Part shown: piece by piece, positions 22,409 to 32,843 of the stretch | Position numbering within the stretch: the stretch's first letter is position 1 | How the letters are laid out: every line of letters starts with the position of its first letter | Origin: an uncultured Nitrososphaeraceae archaeon | GTDB taxonomy: Archaea; Thermoproteota; Nitrososphaeria; Nitrososphaerales; Nitrososphaeraceae | Length of the DNA stretch: 64,000 nucleotides | Assembly: GCA_963729045.1 (NCBI GenBank) | Contig: CAVSMN010000013.1 | Location: 1-64,000, forward strand | Reading direction: 5' to 3' | Position numbers and translations under genes: made by a program | Notes under the pieces: model-generated | Told to the model about the DNA's origin: nothing | Seen by the model: only the letters and a program-made list of their open reading frames with translations | The model's database searches: none

Positions 22409-23520
22409 GGGAGAGATTAGGTTTGACCCTAGAAATAATTAATTTAACCAAGTCATTTCCAGGATTTACATTAGGACCAATTGATCTGAAATTGCAGGAT
22501 AACACAATTATGGTGTTAATAGGTCCCACTGGAAGTGGTAAATCCACTCTTCTAAACCTAATAGTGGGATTGACCAAACCTGACAAAGGGTCTATCTACA
22601 TCAATGGTGTTGATATAACCAATACACCTATTGAATCAAGAAGAATTGGATATTCTTTTCAAAACCCAAGCCTCTTTCCGCATTTGAATGTCTATGAGAA
22701 TATTGTATTTGGTATTAGAAAATCTATCAGGGACAATAAAAAATCACAAATTAAAAGACTTGTAGAGTCCTTTGGAGTGTCCAATCTTCTTGACCGAGAC
22801 ATACATGCATTAAGTGGTGGGGAGATGCAGAAAATATCCTTAGCGCGAATGCTTGTAACGAAACCAAAAATAATGCTCATGGATGAACCCCTTGTTCATC
22901 TTGATACTAAAACTCGAGTTCAGTTGAGAAAGGATCTTCGACGAATACTCAAGGAAGAGGGAGTATTGGGAATATATGTAACGCATTTTGAAGATGACGT
23001 ATATGCACTTGCTGATTCTGTCTCGGTATTAGAAAAAGGCATTATCAAAAAGACTGATACACTAAAAACAATGCTAACTTTTCCAAATAATCAACCCATG
23101 TCAACCTCATCAATATCAGAGTTTTTTCAAAAGGATCATAATTATTTGGAGGGCTGTGTTACTGACTCAACAAATGGGATTACTACTTTCAAAGTAGGAG
23201 AACATAAATTTGAAATCCTGGGAGATTATCCAATTGATTCTACTGTAGGAGTATTAATAAAACCTGAAGATATTATCTTGGCTGTAGATTTTGTCCGCAC
23301 CAGCGCAAGAAACATAATTAAGACAAAAATAGCCGCCATTTATGCTTCGAACATCAAAACAGGCATACTAAATATTCATTTAGTTATTAATAATATCAGT
23401 TTAGTGTCGAGGATTACCCAGGAATCTAAAGAACATTTAAAGATCGTCGAGGGAGAGTATGTGTATGCCATATTCAAGGCTACTGCTCCTCATATTGTGC
23501 GTGAAGATAAAAGTAAATAA
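22405..23520 (+). CDS. Molybdate/tungstate ABC ATPase with TOBE domains (ModC/WtpC)
   Basis: GPTGSGKS, LSGGE, MDEP, TSARN...AIFKA TOBE; 4-bp overlap with permease. Confidence 0.92.
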   Translation: MRERLGLTLEIINLTKSFPGFTLGPIDLKLQDNTIMVLIGPTGSGKSTLLNLIVGLTKPDKGSIYINGVDITNTPIESRRIGYSFQNPSLFPHLNVYENIVFGIRKSIRDNKKSQIKRLVESFGVSNLLDRDIHALSGGEMQKISLARMLVTKPKIMLMDEPLVHLDTKTRVQLRKDLRRILKEEGVLGIYVTHFEDDVYALADSVSVLEKGIIKKTDTLKTMLTFPNNQPMSTSSISEFFQKDHNYLEGCVTDSTNGITTFKVGEHKFEILGDYPIDSTVGVLIKPEDIILAVDFVRTSARNIIKTKIAAIYASNIKTGILNIHLVINNISLVSRITQESKEHLKIVEGEYVYAIFKATAPHIVREDKSK

Positions 23521-23935
23521 GATTTCATAATTGAAGTTGTTAAAGTTACTTATTTAACGATAGGCAATAATTGACTTAAAGAATATTCCAAGGAAATTAA
23601 ACAATCGTATCAATATGAGGAAAAATTCTACAGATTAAAGCAAAAAAGTAGATGAGTTATTTAACTTTAATGTCTGCGTCTTGATACACCATCAATCAAC
23701 AAGATAAACAATAAAGGATGTTCCTTAGTTGACTCCGGGTCATGAGGTCGACTGAGTAACTAGGTCATATTTCATTCATCTCCTCTCTTAATTCTGGTTT
23801 GTTATCTGGAGAGTCTATCGCTGGAGATTTGTCCAATGATTGGCAGTTTGCCATTGGGTTATTTGGTGGAGCTTGTTCGAAAGCGAGGGAACCTTTAAAG
23901 ATTTATAAAAAAATGGTATATCCATTTTCTTGTAG

Positions 23936-24352
23936 TTGAAAGATTTACGAAATAGAATAAATAAAAAAATTAACAAGAACTATAATCAAAGACAAAAAAT
24001 CCTAAACGAAATAAAACAAACCCTTGATATTGATTTTAACAAAATTTCTATTTATTCTTCGGTGATCGAGATTCATTCTCATTCACATGATCCTAATGCT
24101 GAATTTAAAGTCGATTCTCAAAATAAGAAAAAGACAAGTAATGAAAAGGACGTAAAGCTATCCAATGAGACAAAAGAAAAAAAACCTCTTTTCAGAATAG
24201 ATTTATCTCATTCTATGATTGGGTCGCAGAGGTTTTATTACAAAGATGTAGAATTAAATAATCTTTCTATAGAAGAACTAAATAATCTAAAAAAAGATCT
24301 GGATTTTATCTTAAGAGAAATCGACAAGGAAATTGACAAGCTTTTAATTTGA
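23936..24352 (+). CDS. Hypothetical protein (possibly a fragment)
   Basis: 138-aa charged ORF, TTG start, no recognised motif. Confidence 0.4.
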   Translation: MKDLRNRINKKINKNYNQRQKILNEIKQTLDIDFNKISIYSSVIEIHSHSHDPNAEFKVDSQNKKKTSNEKDVKLSNETKEKKPLFRIDLSHSMIGSQRFYYKDVELNNLSIEELNNLKKDLDFILREIDKEIDKLLI

Positions 24353-24670
24353 ATTTTATTACTCCTCCTTTTTAGTTTGATTGGATTTTATATTTTTTAC
24401 TCGTGATGTATTTTGTGACATACAAATACCTTTTAACTATTCAAACAGTGTAATGGGTGCTATTATCAATCTCTCGGGTAGGATTATCTTCTACATTTTT
24501 TACAATTTGCTATTCAAAACATACTGAAAATGGCATTTTGAAAATCAAATAATGTTTCCGGTTAACATACTGTTTTAGTGGTATGACCTATTTGAAATGG
24601 GTTTAGTCTACATGGACCAAATCACAGACAATTCATATAGTTTTTATCATTTTAAATAGTAGGAGTATCT

Positions 24671-24944
24671 ATGACAACCCAGATGATGCCAAAGATTCGT
24701 GTCACCGTCCTTTATTTTGCCTTTGTACATGAAACAACTAGAAAAAAAGAGGAAATAATGGAGTTGTCTACAAATACTTCGATAAAGGAACTTGTTATCA
24801 ATCATACTAACCCGGTATCCAAACATAAAAAACATAAAAAACATGAAAATTTCTGTCAATTACCGCATTGTCGATTCAAACTCCAACTCAATTCTAAAAA
24901 ACAATGATGAAGTGGCCCTTCTACCACCAATTTCTGGAGGATAG
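24671..24944 (+). CDS. moaD: Molybdopterin synthase sulfur carrier MoaD (frameshift ~24797)
   Basis: VTVLYFA N-terminus; second frame gives ISVN...NDEVALLPPISGG-TAG. Confidence 0.92.
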
Positions 24945-24951
24945 TTTTGAT

Positions 24952-25491
24952 TTGAGAAGTAGAGATTTGCAAAAAAAGACCAATAAATCAGAACCTAATT
25001 CCAGTAATGATCCTCGTAGCTCTATTATTAACCAAGACTCACTCGAGCCATCGTCATCATCAGAAAGAATAACGGAATCAGAAATTGATGTCAATGATAT
25101 TATAAATTCGATGGTGGACACTGAGGGACATTCTGGGGCAACTGTAATTTTTGTAGGTTCAGTAAGAAACTTTGGAATCAATGGAAAGGTAAAAGGAATG
25201 TATTATGAATCTTATGTAAAAATGGCTGAAAATAAGATAAAAAATATTGAAAAATTGGCTATGGAAAAGTATGGTATTAAAAAAATAAAAATAGTTCACA
25301 GAATAGGTGAATTAGCTTTAGGGAACAACAGTGTAATCATAGCACTTTCAACTCCTCATAGTAAAGATGCCTTTACGGCCTGTAAATACATTCTTGCAAA
25401 GATTAAACGAGAGGTGCCAATTTGGAAAAAAGAAATTCTATCAAAAGGCGATGAAAAATGGGTAGATGGGAAATTAATCAAGACAAATTGA
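24952..25491 (+). CDS. moaE: Molybdopterin synthase catalytic subunit MoaE
   Basis: GATVIFVGSVRN, YESY..MA, HRIGEL, KREVPIWKKE; probable TTG start 24952. Confidence 0.93.
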   Translation: MRSRDLQKKTNKSEPNSSNDPRSSIINQDSLEPSSSSERITESEIDVNDIINSMVDTEGHSGATVIFVGSVRNFGINGKVKGMYYESYVKMAENKIKNIEKLAMEKYGIKKIKIVHRIGELALGNNSVIIALSTPHSKDAFTACKYILAKIKREVPIWKKEILSKGDEKWVDGKLIKTN

Positions 25492-25619
25492 GAAAACAAA
25501 TACAAATACAAATACAAGTATTTGGTTCAAACTCTGGAAGTAAAAATTTGAATAAAACGCCATGCATAATATTAAACAAATTTAATATCGTTCTCAATTC
25601 TAAATGAATGAATTAGTAT

Positions 25620-26903
25620 ATGAAAAAAAATTCTAATGCCTATTTTACCGTAGATAAGGCATTCAAAATTCTCTTAGAAAAGATAACAGTTCCTAAGAAT
25701 ATAGAACTTGTTCCCGTTTTTGAATCCCTTGGAAGGATCATAAAAGATGACGTTATTGCACAAGAAAATATACCTACTTATGATTCTTCTCACATGGATG
25801 GATATGCAATCCGATCTAGCGATGTGACTAATGCATCAAAGAAAAATCCTGTTGTTTTAAAGATTTCACGCTCTGAATCAACTTTAGGGATCTTACCACG
25901 CCATATTCTAAAAAAAGGAGAAGCATATAGAATACAAACTGGTGGATATATGCCTTTAAAATCCGATGCAGTAATACCAATAGAAAACACAAAAATAATC
26001 AATAACGATCTAGTGGAGATAGTTGAACCCATAGAAAAAGCAAGTTTTGTTTATTCAACTGGATCGGATATTAAAAAAGGAAAAAAGGTGTTATGTAAAG
26101 AACAGGCAATACGAGTTCAACACATGGGTCTTTTGGCTTCTTTACGGATTAGTAAAATTTCAGTTTTTAAAAGGCCTTTAGTCTCTATTATACCTACAGG
26201 TAACGAACTTACAGACGATGTTGAAGAAAACAAAGAACATAAAGTAGTCAACACTAATGGTCCTATTATTTCTTGCTTAGTAAGTGCATTAGGTGGCATA
26301 TCAGTAGATATGGGAGTTACACCAGATGACGTGGGTATCCTAAAAAGAAAAATTAATCATGCCGTAAAAACTTCTGATTTAATTATAACGATAGGTGGAA
26401 CCTCAGCCGGTAAGCAGGATATTGTGAAATCAACCATTGATTCGATGACTTCGTCTGAAATTATAGCTCATAAAATAAAACTCGACAGGGGTAGAGTAAC
26501 CGGACTTGCCGTCGTCAATAAAAAACCAATAATAATTATGCCCGGACCAATTCAAGGCAGCTTGAATGCCTTTTTTGTATTTGCAAGACCCTTGATCTCC
26601 CTATTTTCGGGACAAACTACGATTAGTGTTTTTGCCATTTCTGCCATAATGGTTGAAGATTGGACTTGTCGGAAGAAATTTCATGATTTTAGAAAAATAG
26701 TATATGTCCACCTTATAAAAATAAAAGACAAGTTCTATGCAAAACCAATAATGGGCGAAACTCAGAGTATTTCATTGATAGTCAATACTAATGGTTATGT
26801 GACTGTTCCTGAGAATGTAATAAATCTTTTCAAGGGAGACGTGGTACAAGTAAATATTTTGCCCGGTTACTCATATGTTAACGACATCCAGTTTACAGGA
26901 TAA
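25620..26903 (+). CDS. moeA: Molybdopterin molybdotransferase MoeA
   Basis: SHMDGYA, IQTGG..P..DAVIP.E, TGNEL, GGTSAG..D. Confidence 0.93.
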   Translation: MKKNSNAYFTVDKAFKILLEKITVPKNIELVPVFESLGRIIKDDVIAQENIPTYDSSHMDGYAIRSSDVTNASKKNPVVLKISRSESTLGILPRHILKKGEAYRIQTGGYMPLKSDAVIPIENTKIINNDLVEIVEPIEKASFVYSTGSDIKKGKKVLCKEQAIRVQHMGLLASLRISKISVFKRPLVSIIPTGNELTDDVEENKEHKVVNTNGPIISCLVSALGGISVDMGVTPDDVGILKRKINHAVKTSDLIITIGGTSAGKQDIVKSTIDSMTSSEIIAHKIKLDRGRVTGLAVVNKKPIIIMPGPIQGSLNAFFVFARPLISLFSGQTTISVFAISAIMVEDWTCRKKFHDFRKIVYVHLIKIKDKFYAKPIMGETQSISLIVNTNGYVTVPENVINLFKGDVVQVNILPGYSYVNDIQFTG

Positions 26904-26930
26904 AGCATCTATGTGTATGTTTCACTACTG

Positions 26931-27848
26931 CTATTTATGATGACCATGTCCTGCAATCATTCTAAAAATATGCATTACCCCTGGAAATAACGCATTTATG
27001 GATTGAGAAACTGCATTGGTGCTACCTGGCATGTTCACAATTAATGTATTTCCTCTAATTCCTGAAACCCCACGTGAGAGCATGGATAGGGGGGTCCTAC
27101 TTTGTCCATAGTCTCGAAGATTCCCTGATATACCTGATACTTCCTTTTCTATGATTTTTTTTGTAGCCTCTGGAGTGACGTCCCGGGGTCCTACTCCTGT
27201 TCCTCCAGTAGTAATAATAATATTTACTTTGAGTTTGTCAGAATAATATATCAATTCTTTCTCTATTAATTTAATTTCATCAGGAATTATCTTGTAGTCA
27301 ACAATATTAAATCCGTTTGCTGTAAGGGCACTAATTATCAATTTACCAGATTCATCTTGACCTTTCTTTCTAGAATCACTAATTGTAATAACAGCCGCTT
27401 GGAGTTTCTTATCATAGTTTTCCTTAAAATCTCCAATCCCTCCATGTTTTTCTAATAATTTGATGTTATCAATGGATAGAGATATGTCCAGAGGCTTTAG
27501 TATGTCATATACGGATAAAGCCGCGATAGTTGCTCCCGTTAACGCCTCCATCTCGACACCTGTTTTCCAAATACTTTTTACTTTGACTAGAATCCTAACA
27601 TAGCTAGATTCGATAGTAACATCCACCTTTACATCATCAATCGGAATAGGATGACAGTATGGAATAAGATCTGAAGTTTTTTTAGCTCCCAGAGTACCTG
27701 ACACTTTTGCTATTTCAAAAATATTCCCCTTTGGGGAATTTCCATCCTTTATTATGCTCATAATTTTGTTATCAAATGATAAAAGTGCTTGAGCAACAGC
27801 AGTTCTAAGGGATTCTGGTTTGTCGCCGACATCAATCATACCACCCAT
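26931..27848 (-). CDS. moaC: MoaC fused to MogA/MoaB
   Basis: LIPYCHP, TGVEMEAL; TTGGTGVGPRDVTPEA, NMPGS. Confidence 0.95.
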   Translation of the reverse strand: MGGMIDVGDKPESLRTAVAQALLSFDNKIMSIIKDGNSPKGNIFEIAKVSGTLGAKKTSDLIPYCHPIPIDDVKVDVTIESSYVRILVKVKSIWKTGVEMEALTGATIAALSVYDILKPLDISLSIDNIKLLEKHGGIGDFKENYDKKLQAAVITISDSRKKGQDESGKLIISALTANGFNIVDYKIIPDEIKLIEKELIYYSDKLKVNIIITTGGTGVGPRDVTPEATKKIIEKEVSGISGNLRDYGQSRTPLSMLSRGVSGIRGNTLIVNMPGSTNAVSQSINALFPGVMHIFRMIAGHGHHK

Positions 27849-28022
27849 TATTTACAATTAGAATAAATTATCTATATAAGATTAAGATTGTGCCATATCA
27901 CGAGTGTCGAGGCTTTATATTTGTAAAGTCACTGTTTGGGTCAAATTACATGTGTAGACTGATACGAATGAATGTTGATTGAATTTGGAAAAAACCTTAA
28001 ATCTCTCATGTTTTTTGATTAT

Positions 28023-29725
28023 ATGGTGGTCCTAAGGATAAGGGGCAATAATTATATTGTATTTTTTCTTTTTGGTCTTGCTGCAGGAATTGCGAGTTTA
28101 TCTTTATCAATTTTCTTGAAGTTAACCATTAATGGATTATTCATACCTGAAATTGCTTCCCAGGGATTAATCTCAATTACTTCTGGAGAAATCGAATCGC
28201 AAGCAGGTACTAACACTAGGTCCTTTAGCTAAATATTCTACATTTATAGGTGCAACGGTAGCAAACATCCTACTTTGGGGTATAATCGGTATCATTTTAG
28301 GTAAATTGTTTATGAAAATGAAATCGCCACACTATGTAATTAAATCCATACTATCTACTTTCATTTCTTATTTAATTTTGATTATACTCACAATTGTTTT
28401 TTTGGTGCTTAGTACCACGCCTGGACAATCCGTATCTATTCCTGTTAATTCATTTGTAATATTTTTATTACCAAGTGCCGCTTTATGGATTGATCTTTGC
28501 ATTCTTGTTTGGTAATAAGAATAAGAATAAGAATAAGAAAATTGATCTGGTTGAAATTCCTTCTAATGATGGTGATGATGTTTTAAATAAAAGTAACAAA
28601 ACTGTCGATATCGATTATAACAAGAGAGATATGATCCGTGCCTTGATAATTTCAGTTATTGCCCTTCCATTAGTGTATTTTGGATTTAATCGTTTAATAT
28701 CTGGGTCAGGACAACAGCAACGACAGCCCCAAGCCCTTGACAAGTCTATTCAGCAAGTTTTGCAATCAAAATCCAAACCTCCTGGTTTTGAAAATCCTAT
28801 TCTTACTCCCCTGGTAGATGCTGAGGTGACTCCAACCTTTATTTTTTATAGGATAGATATAAACACGGTAGTACCCACTATCAATGCTAGTGACTGGAAT
28901 CTCACTATCAAAGGCCTAGTGGATAATCCTGTTGTAATTAACTATGCAGATTTTAAGGATATGAATTCAGTTGAAGAATTTGCAACCTTGACATGTATTA
29001 GCAACAAAATAGGTGGAAATCTTGTAAGCACCGCTTTATGGAAGGGAGTAAGACTTAGAGATATCATTTCTAAAGCTGGGGTTCAGTCTGGCGTTAAATA
29101 TATTGTGTTTAGATGTTCAGATGGATATGATGTAGGAATTCCATTGGAGAATGGCATGATGGATGGCACCATTTTAGCGTATGACATGAATAATTCGCCT
29201 TTGACCAGCGAACATGGATATCCTGTTAGAGCAATAGTGCCCGGATTCTATGGAATGATGAATCCAAAATGGATTACAGAAATAGAGTTGGTAGATAAAA
29301 CGTACGAAGGCTTTTGGCAAAGAAAAGGGTGGACAAATAATGGCATCAAAAATATTTATTCATCTATAGTTATTCCTGGCAATCAACCCATAGATGATAG
29401 ATTCCCGAATTTAGTGCCTAATAGCAGCTTCCTGAATGGTAAAAACATTCCTATTGCTGGAATAGCATTTGCAGGTGATAGAGGAATATCCAAAGTTGAA
29501 GTAAGTGTAGATGGGGGAACTACGTGGAAAACTGCGATAGTCAAAGATCCATTATCACAATATACATGGGTTTTGTGGACAAGTGGCTTTACAGCTGCAG
29601 ATAAAGGGGATTATAAAATTATCGTGAGAGCAACAGACAAGACCGGTCAGATCCAGACTTCTGAATTAGAAGAGCCATTTCCAAGCGGTGCTGGAGGCTA
29701 TAATCAAGTAAATATTTCAGTATAA
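28023..29725 (+). CDS. Polytopic membrane sulfite-oxidase-family molybdoenzyme (frameshifts ~28207 and ~28478)
   Basis: Three consecutive fragments; FYRID, LTCISN (Mo-ligating Cys), HGYPVRAIVPGFYGMMNPKW, C-terminal Ig-like dimerisation domain. Confidence 0.88.
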
Positions 29726-29937
29726 AATTTGCATTTTTGATGTAAAACCATTTTTGTCTTTTGTCCATAATCCGTATTGTTTGTTTTTTATCTGAAACTG
29801 TAAATCAAATCAAATAAAACATAATAGAGTAGATCCGATTTATCGCTATTACCAAAGAATTGGTAAATTCTTCCTATTTAGAATCCAAGTTTAAACCTTG
29901 TACATATTTTCTACACATCTTTTTTTCGTTCAGGTGT

Positions 29938-30933
29938 TTATCCACCAATAGTGTGCATAACATTCAAAGTTGGCCTTAATGAGTGTGTATTAATAATTTT
30001 AATAATTCCTTCAGGTTTTTCCTGCACTGACTTGTTGATGCATTTAATTATATCTATATCTGATTTTCCCTCTTCAAGTAAACTCTTTAGATCATTGCTT
30101 GACTTGTCAAATAAACAACTGTAAAGCTTACCATCTGCAGTAATCCGAACTCTATCACAGTTCTGACAAAAAGGCTCTGTGATGGAGGGAATAAATCCTA
30201 TAACTCCTTTTCCATCCTCAAAGGTATATAATCTAGCGGGGTCAGATTTATCATTATAAAGTGGAGATAGTTGATCAAAGTCCTTGTTTATTATCTCTAT
30301 CATTCTTTTCTTACTTACAACCAATTCTTCAGACCAAATGCCTGTTCCATCCAACGGCATGAATTCAATAAATTTAACAATACATCCAGTGTCTCTTGAA
30401 AATCTTACAAAATGTGATATTTCATCATCATTCCATCCCTTAATAATTACAGTATTGATTTTTACTGGTAAATTTTCGTCGATTGCAGTATTAATTGCGT
30501 TCCTTACTTTATAAAAGCCATCAATTCCACTCATGGCTTTAAATCTGTCAGGTTTGAATGTATCCAAGCTAATGTTCAAACTTTCTAATCCAGATTCTTT
30601 GAGAATCTTTATTTTATCTTTTACTAGTATTCCATTTGTAGTCATACTAATTGATTCTAATCCTTTAATAGAGGACAAAGATTTGATTAAATTCTCTACG
30701 TTACTTCGAACTGTAGGTTCTCCTCCTGTAATTTTTATCTTTTCAATTCCTAAAGATACAAATATCTTGGCAAGGCGAGTTATTTGTTCATAACTTAGAA
30801 TGTTGTCTTGCTCTAACCAATTGGTATTGTTTGAGGGCATGCAGTAAACACATTGCATATTACATCTATCAGTTATTGAAATTCTTAGTTTCTTTGCTAT
30901 TCTTCCAAAACTATCTACAAGGTTATTACTCAA
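29938..30933 (-). CDS. moaA: GTP 3',8-cyclase MoaA
   Basis: LRISITDRCNMQCVYC, FCQNCDRVR...C, C-terminal IGG. Confidence 0.96.
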   Translation of the reverse strand: MSNNLVDSFGRIAKKLRISITDRCNMQCVYCMPSNNTNWLEQDNILSYEQITRLAKIFVSLGIEKIKITGGEPTVRSNVENLIKSLSSIKGLESISMTTNGILVKDKIKILKESGLESLNISLDTFKPDRFKAMSGIDGFYKVRNAINTAIDENLPVKINTVIIKGWNDDEISHFVRFSRDTGCIVKFIEFMPLDGTGIWSEELVVSKKRMIEIINKDFDQLSPLYNDKSDPARLYTFEDGKGVIGFIPSITEPFCQNCDRVRITADGKLYSCLFDKSSNDLKSLLEEGKSDIDIIKCINKSVQEKPEGIIKIINTHSLRPTLNVMHTIGG

Positions 30934-31080
30934 TTACATTTCCTCTACCGTGTGATCTAATATCTTAAAACCCATTTGATGTATATAGGCCTTTACGAAA
31001 CATCGCTAATTAACCAAGATGAAAATTTAAGAAATCAATATTGCTAAAACAGTTTATTAGGTTGGATGGATTAGACAAGG

Positions 31081-31908
31081 GTGATAAAGATATCTGAGGA
31101 TAAACCATTTGTAAAACTGTTATACGAACTCAGAGTAAGAGTAACCAGAATATGTATTGTAATGATCATATTGGTTTCTGTGTGTATGACTCTTGGTGTC
31201 ACCGTGATCAAATTTGACGGATATAGTTTATTTATCCTTTATCCTGATACTTTTAACAGTTTATCTATTCAAGTAATTTCCCAGATGAAGAACGACTTAC
31301 TGCCTAATAACGTTAGCCTGATACAAACTACTCCAGGGCAGGCTTTTACGGCGCAGGTATACGTGGCCATAATAATCGGAATTGTGGGGTCTTTGCCAGT
31401 CATACTTGGGGAACTGTTTGCCTTCTTAAGTCCTGCACTCCATTATTCTGAAAAAAGAGTCATTAAGAGAATCGTTGTACCGATTATATCATTATTTGTA
31501 ATGGGTTGTCTATTTTCTTACTATGTTGCAATTCCATATACTCTTGATTTCTTGTACCAATATGGACAGGCTATAAGTGTACTAACTTTTTTTGAAATCA
31601 CTCCTTTTATCCTTTTTGTCGTTAATATGTTGTTGATATTTGGATTTGCCTTTCAACTTCCAGTAGTCATGTGGGCTCTAACCAAAACACGAATCGTTAA
31701 TACAAATTTCTGGAAGGATAATCTGAGATACGTGGTTATTTTTCTAGTCATACTGGGTGCAATCATAACTCCAGATGGGAGCGGAATAACCATGTGGTTT
31801 GTAGTGGGACCATTGATGCTTTTGTACGTCATCGGAATAATAACGATTCAACTAGACTTGCGAATTTCAAAATATAATCCAACTAGACTTGCGAATTTCA
31901 AAATATGA
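31081..31908 (+). CDS. tatC: Twin-arginine translocase TatC
   Basis: ELRVR, FLSPAL, FGFAFQLPV, AIITPD. Confidence 0.93.
   Translation: MIKISEDKPFVKLLYELRVRVTRICIVMIILVSVCMTLGVTVIKFDGYSLFILYPDTFNSLSIQVISQMKNDLLPNNVSLIQTTPGQAFTAQVYVAIIIGIVGSLPVILGELFAFLSPALHYSEKRVIKRIVVPIISLFVMGCLFSYYVAIPYTLDFLYQYGQAISVLTFFEITPFILFVVNMLLIFGFAFQLPVVMWALTKTRIVNTNFWKDNLRYVVIFLVILGAIITPDGSGITMWFVVGPLMLLYVIGIITIQLDLRISKYNPTRLANFKI
31849..31906 (+). repeat. Two exact 27-bp direct repeats (31-bp period) at the tatC 3' end
   Basis: CAACTAGACTTGCGAATTTCAAAATAT at 31849-31875 and 31880-31906. Confidence 0.9.
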
Positions 31909-32001
31909 TTGGAACTAATCTAGACAATTGAAAATATGGTAATTGAAATCAAGTCTAGAATTAAAGTTAAGAATAACTTCTATGTTAGGTAGATAAGACC
32001 T

Positions 32002-32664
32002 ATGATGAAAGTAATTTCAGTTAACGTGGGATTACCCAGACAGGTTTCATATGGGAAGCGACAAGTTGTTACGAGCATATTCAAAGAACCTGTAGAGCGA
32101 AGGGTAAAAGTAACCACACTTAATTTGGATGGGGATGCACAAGCAGACCTGTCGGTTCATGGTGGATTTGACAAGGCGGTTTATTCATATCCTGAGGAAC
32201 ATTACAAATATTGGAAAGAAGTATACCCTACAATTGTTATGCCTTTCGGGATGTTTGGAGAAAATCTTACTACTCAGGGATTAACTGAAGACATGGTAAA
32301 CATAGGTGATCAATATCAAATCGGTTCAACACGGTTAGTTGTAACACAACCTCGAATGCCTTGTTATAAACTAGGGATCAAATTTGGTCGCATGGATGTC
32401 TTAGAGAAATTCGTCAATAGTCGACGTCCAGGAATATATTACAAGGTATTAGAAGAAGGTGAATTAGGTGCCGGGGACGACATAAAATTGTTATACAGGG
32501 ATAAAAATAATGTTACTATAAATGATATTGTTAGTTTATATATAAATGATAGTAATAATAGAGAAATTGTATCCAAAATGAAAAGAGCAACAAAATTAGA
32601 ATTTTTGCCCGAATCCTGGAGAATTTATTTTGGTCAAAAAGTAGCCCGGTTGCAGAAGAGCTAG
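32002..32664 (+). CDS. MOSC domain protein with 3-alpha domain (YiiM-like)
   Basis: GDAQADLSVHGG.DKAV, FGENLT, QPRMPCYKL, GIYYKVLEEG. Confidence 0.92.
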   Translation: MMKVISVNVGLPRQVSYGKRQVVTSIFKEPVERRVKVTTLNLDGDAQADLSVHGGFDKAVYSYPEEHYKYWKEVYPTIVMPFGMFGENLTTQGLTEDMVNIGDQYQIGSTRLVVTQPRMPCYKLGIKFGRMDVLEKFVNSRRPGIYYKVLEEGELGAGDDIKLLYRDKNNVTINDIVSLYINDSNNREIVSKMKRATKLEFLPESWRIYFGQKVARLQKS

Positions 32665-32843
32665 ATACTAACTAATTAAATCTTTGTGCTTTTAGCAAAT
32701 GATACTATATTGATTTGTATCTTTGTATCATGCTTTACCTAATCCATCTATTTATTTTAAGATATAAACCCATTGATAGCAATATTTGTTGAATAATTTT
32801 TGATTTTAAATCCATAATCATATTTAATTATCGATCATCAAAG

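Noticed and set aside
31849..31906. 27-bp direct repeat as a mini-CRISPR or att site
   Set aside because: Only two copies 4 bp apart; a simple tandem duplication at the tatC 3' end
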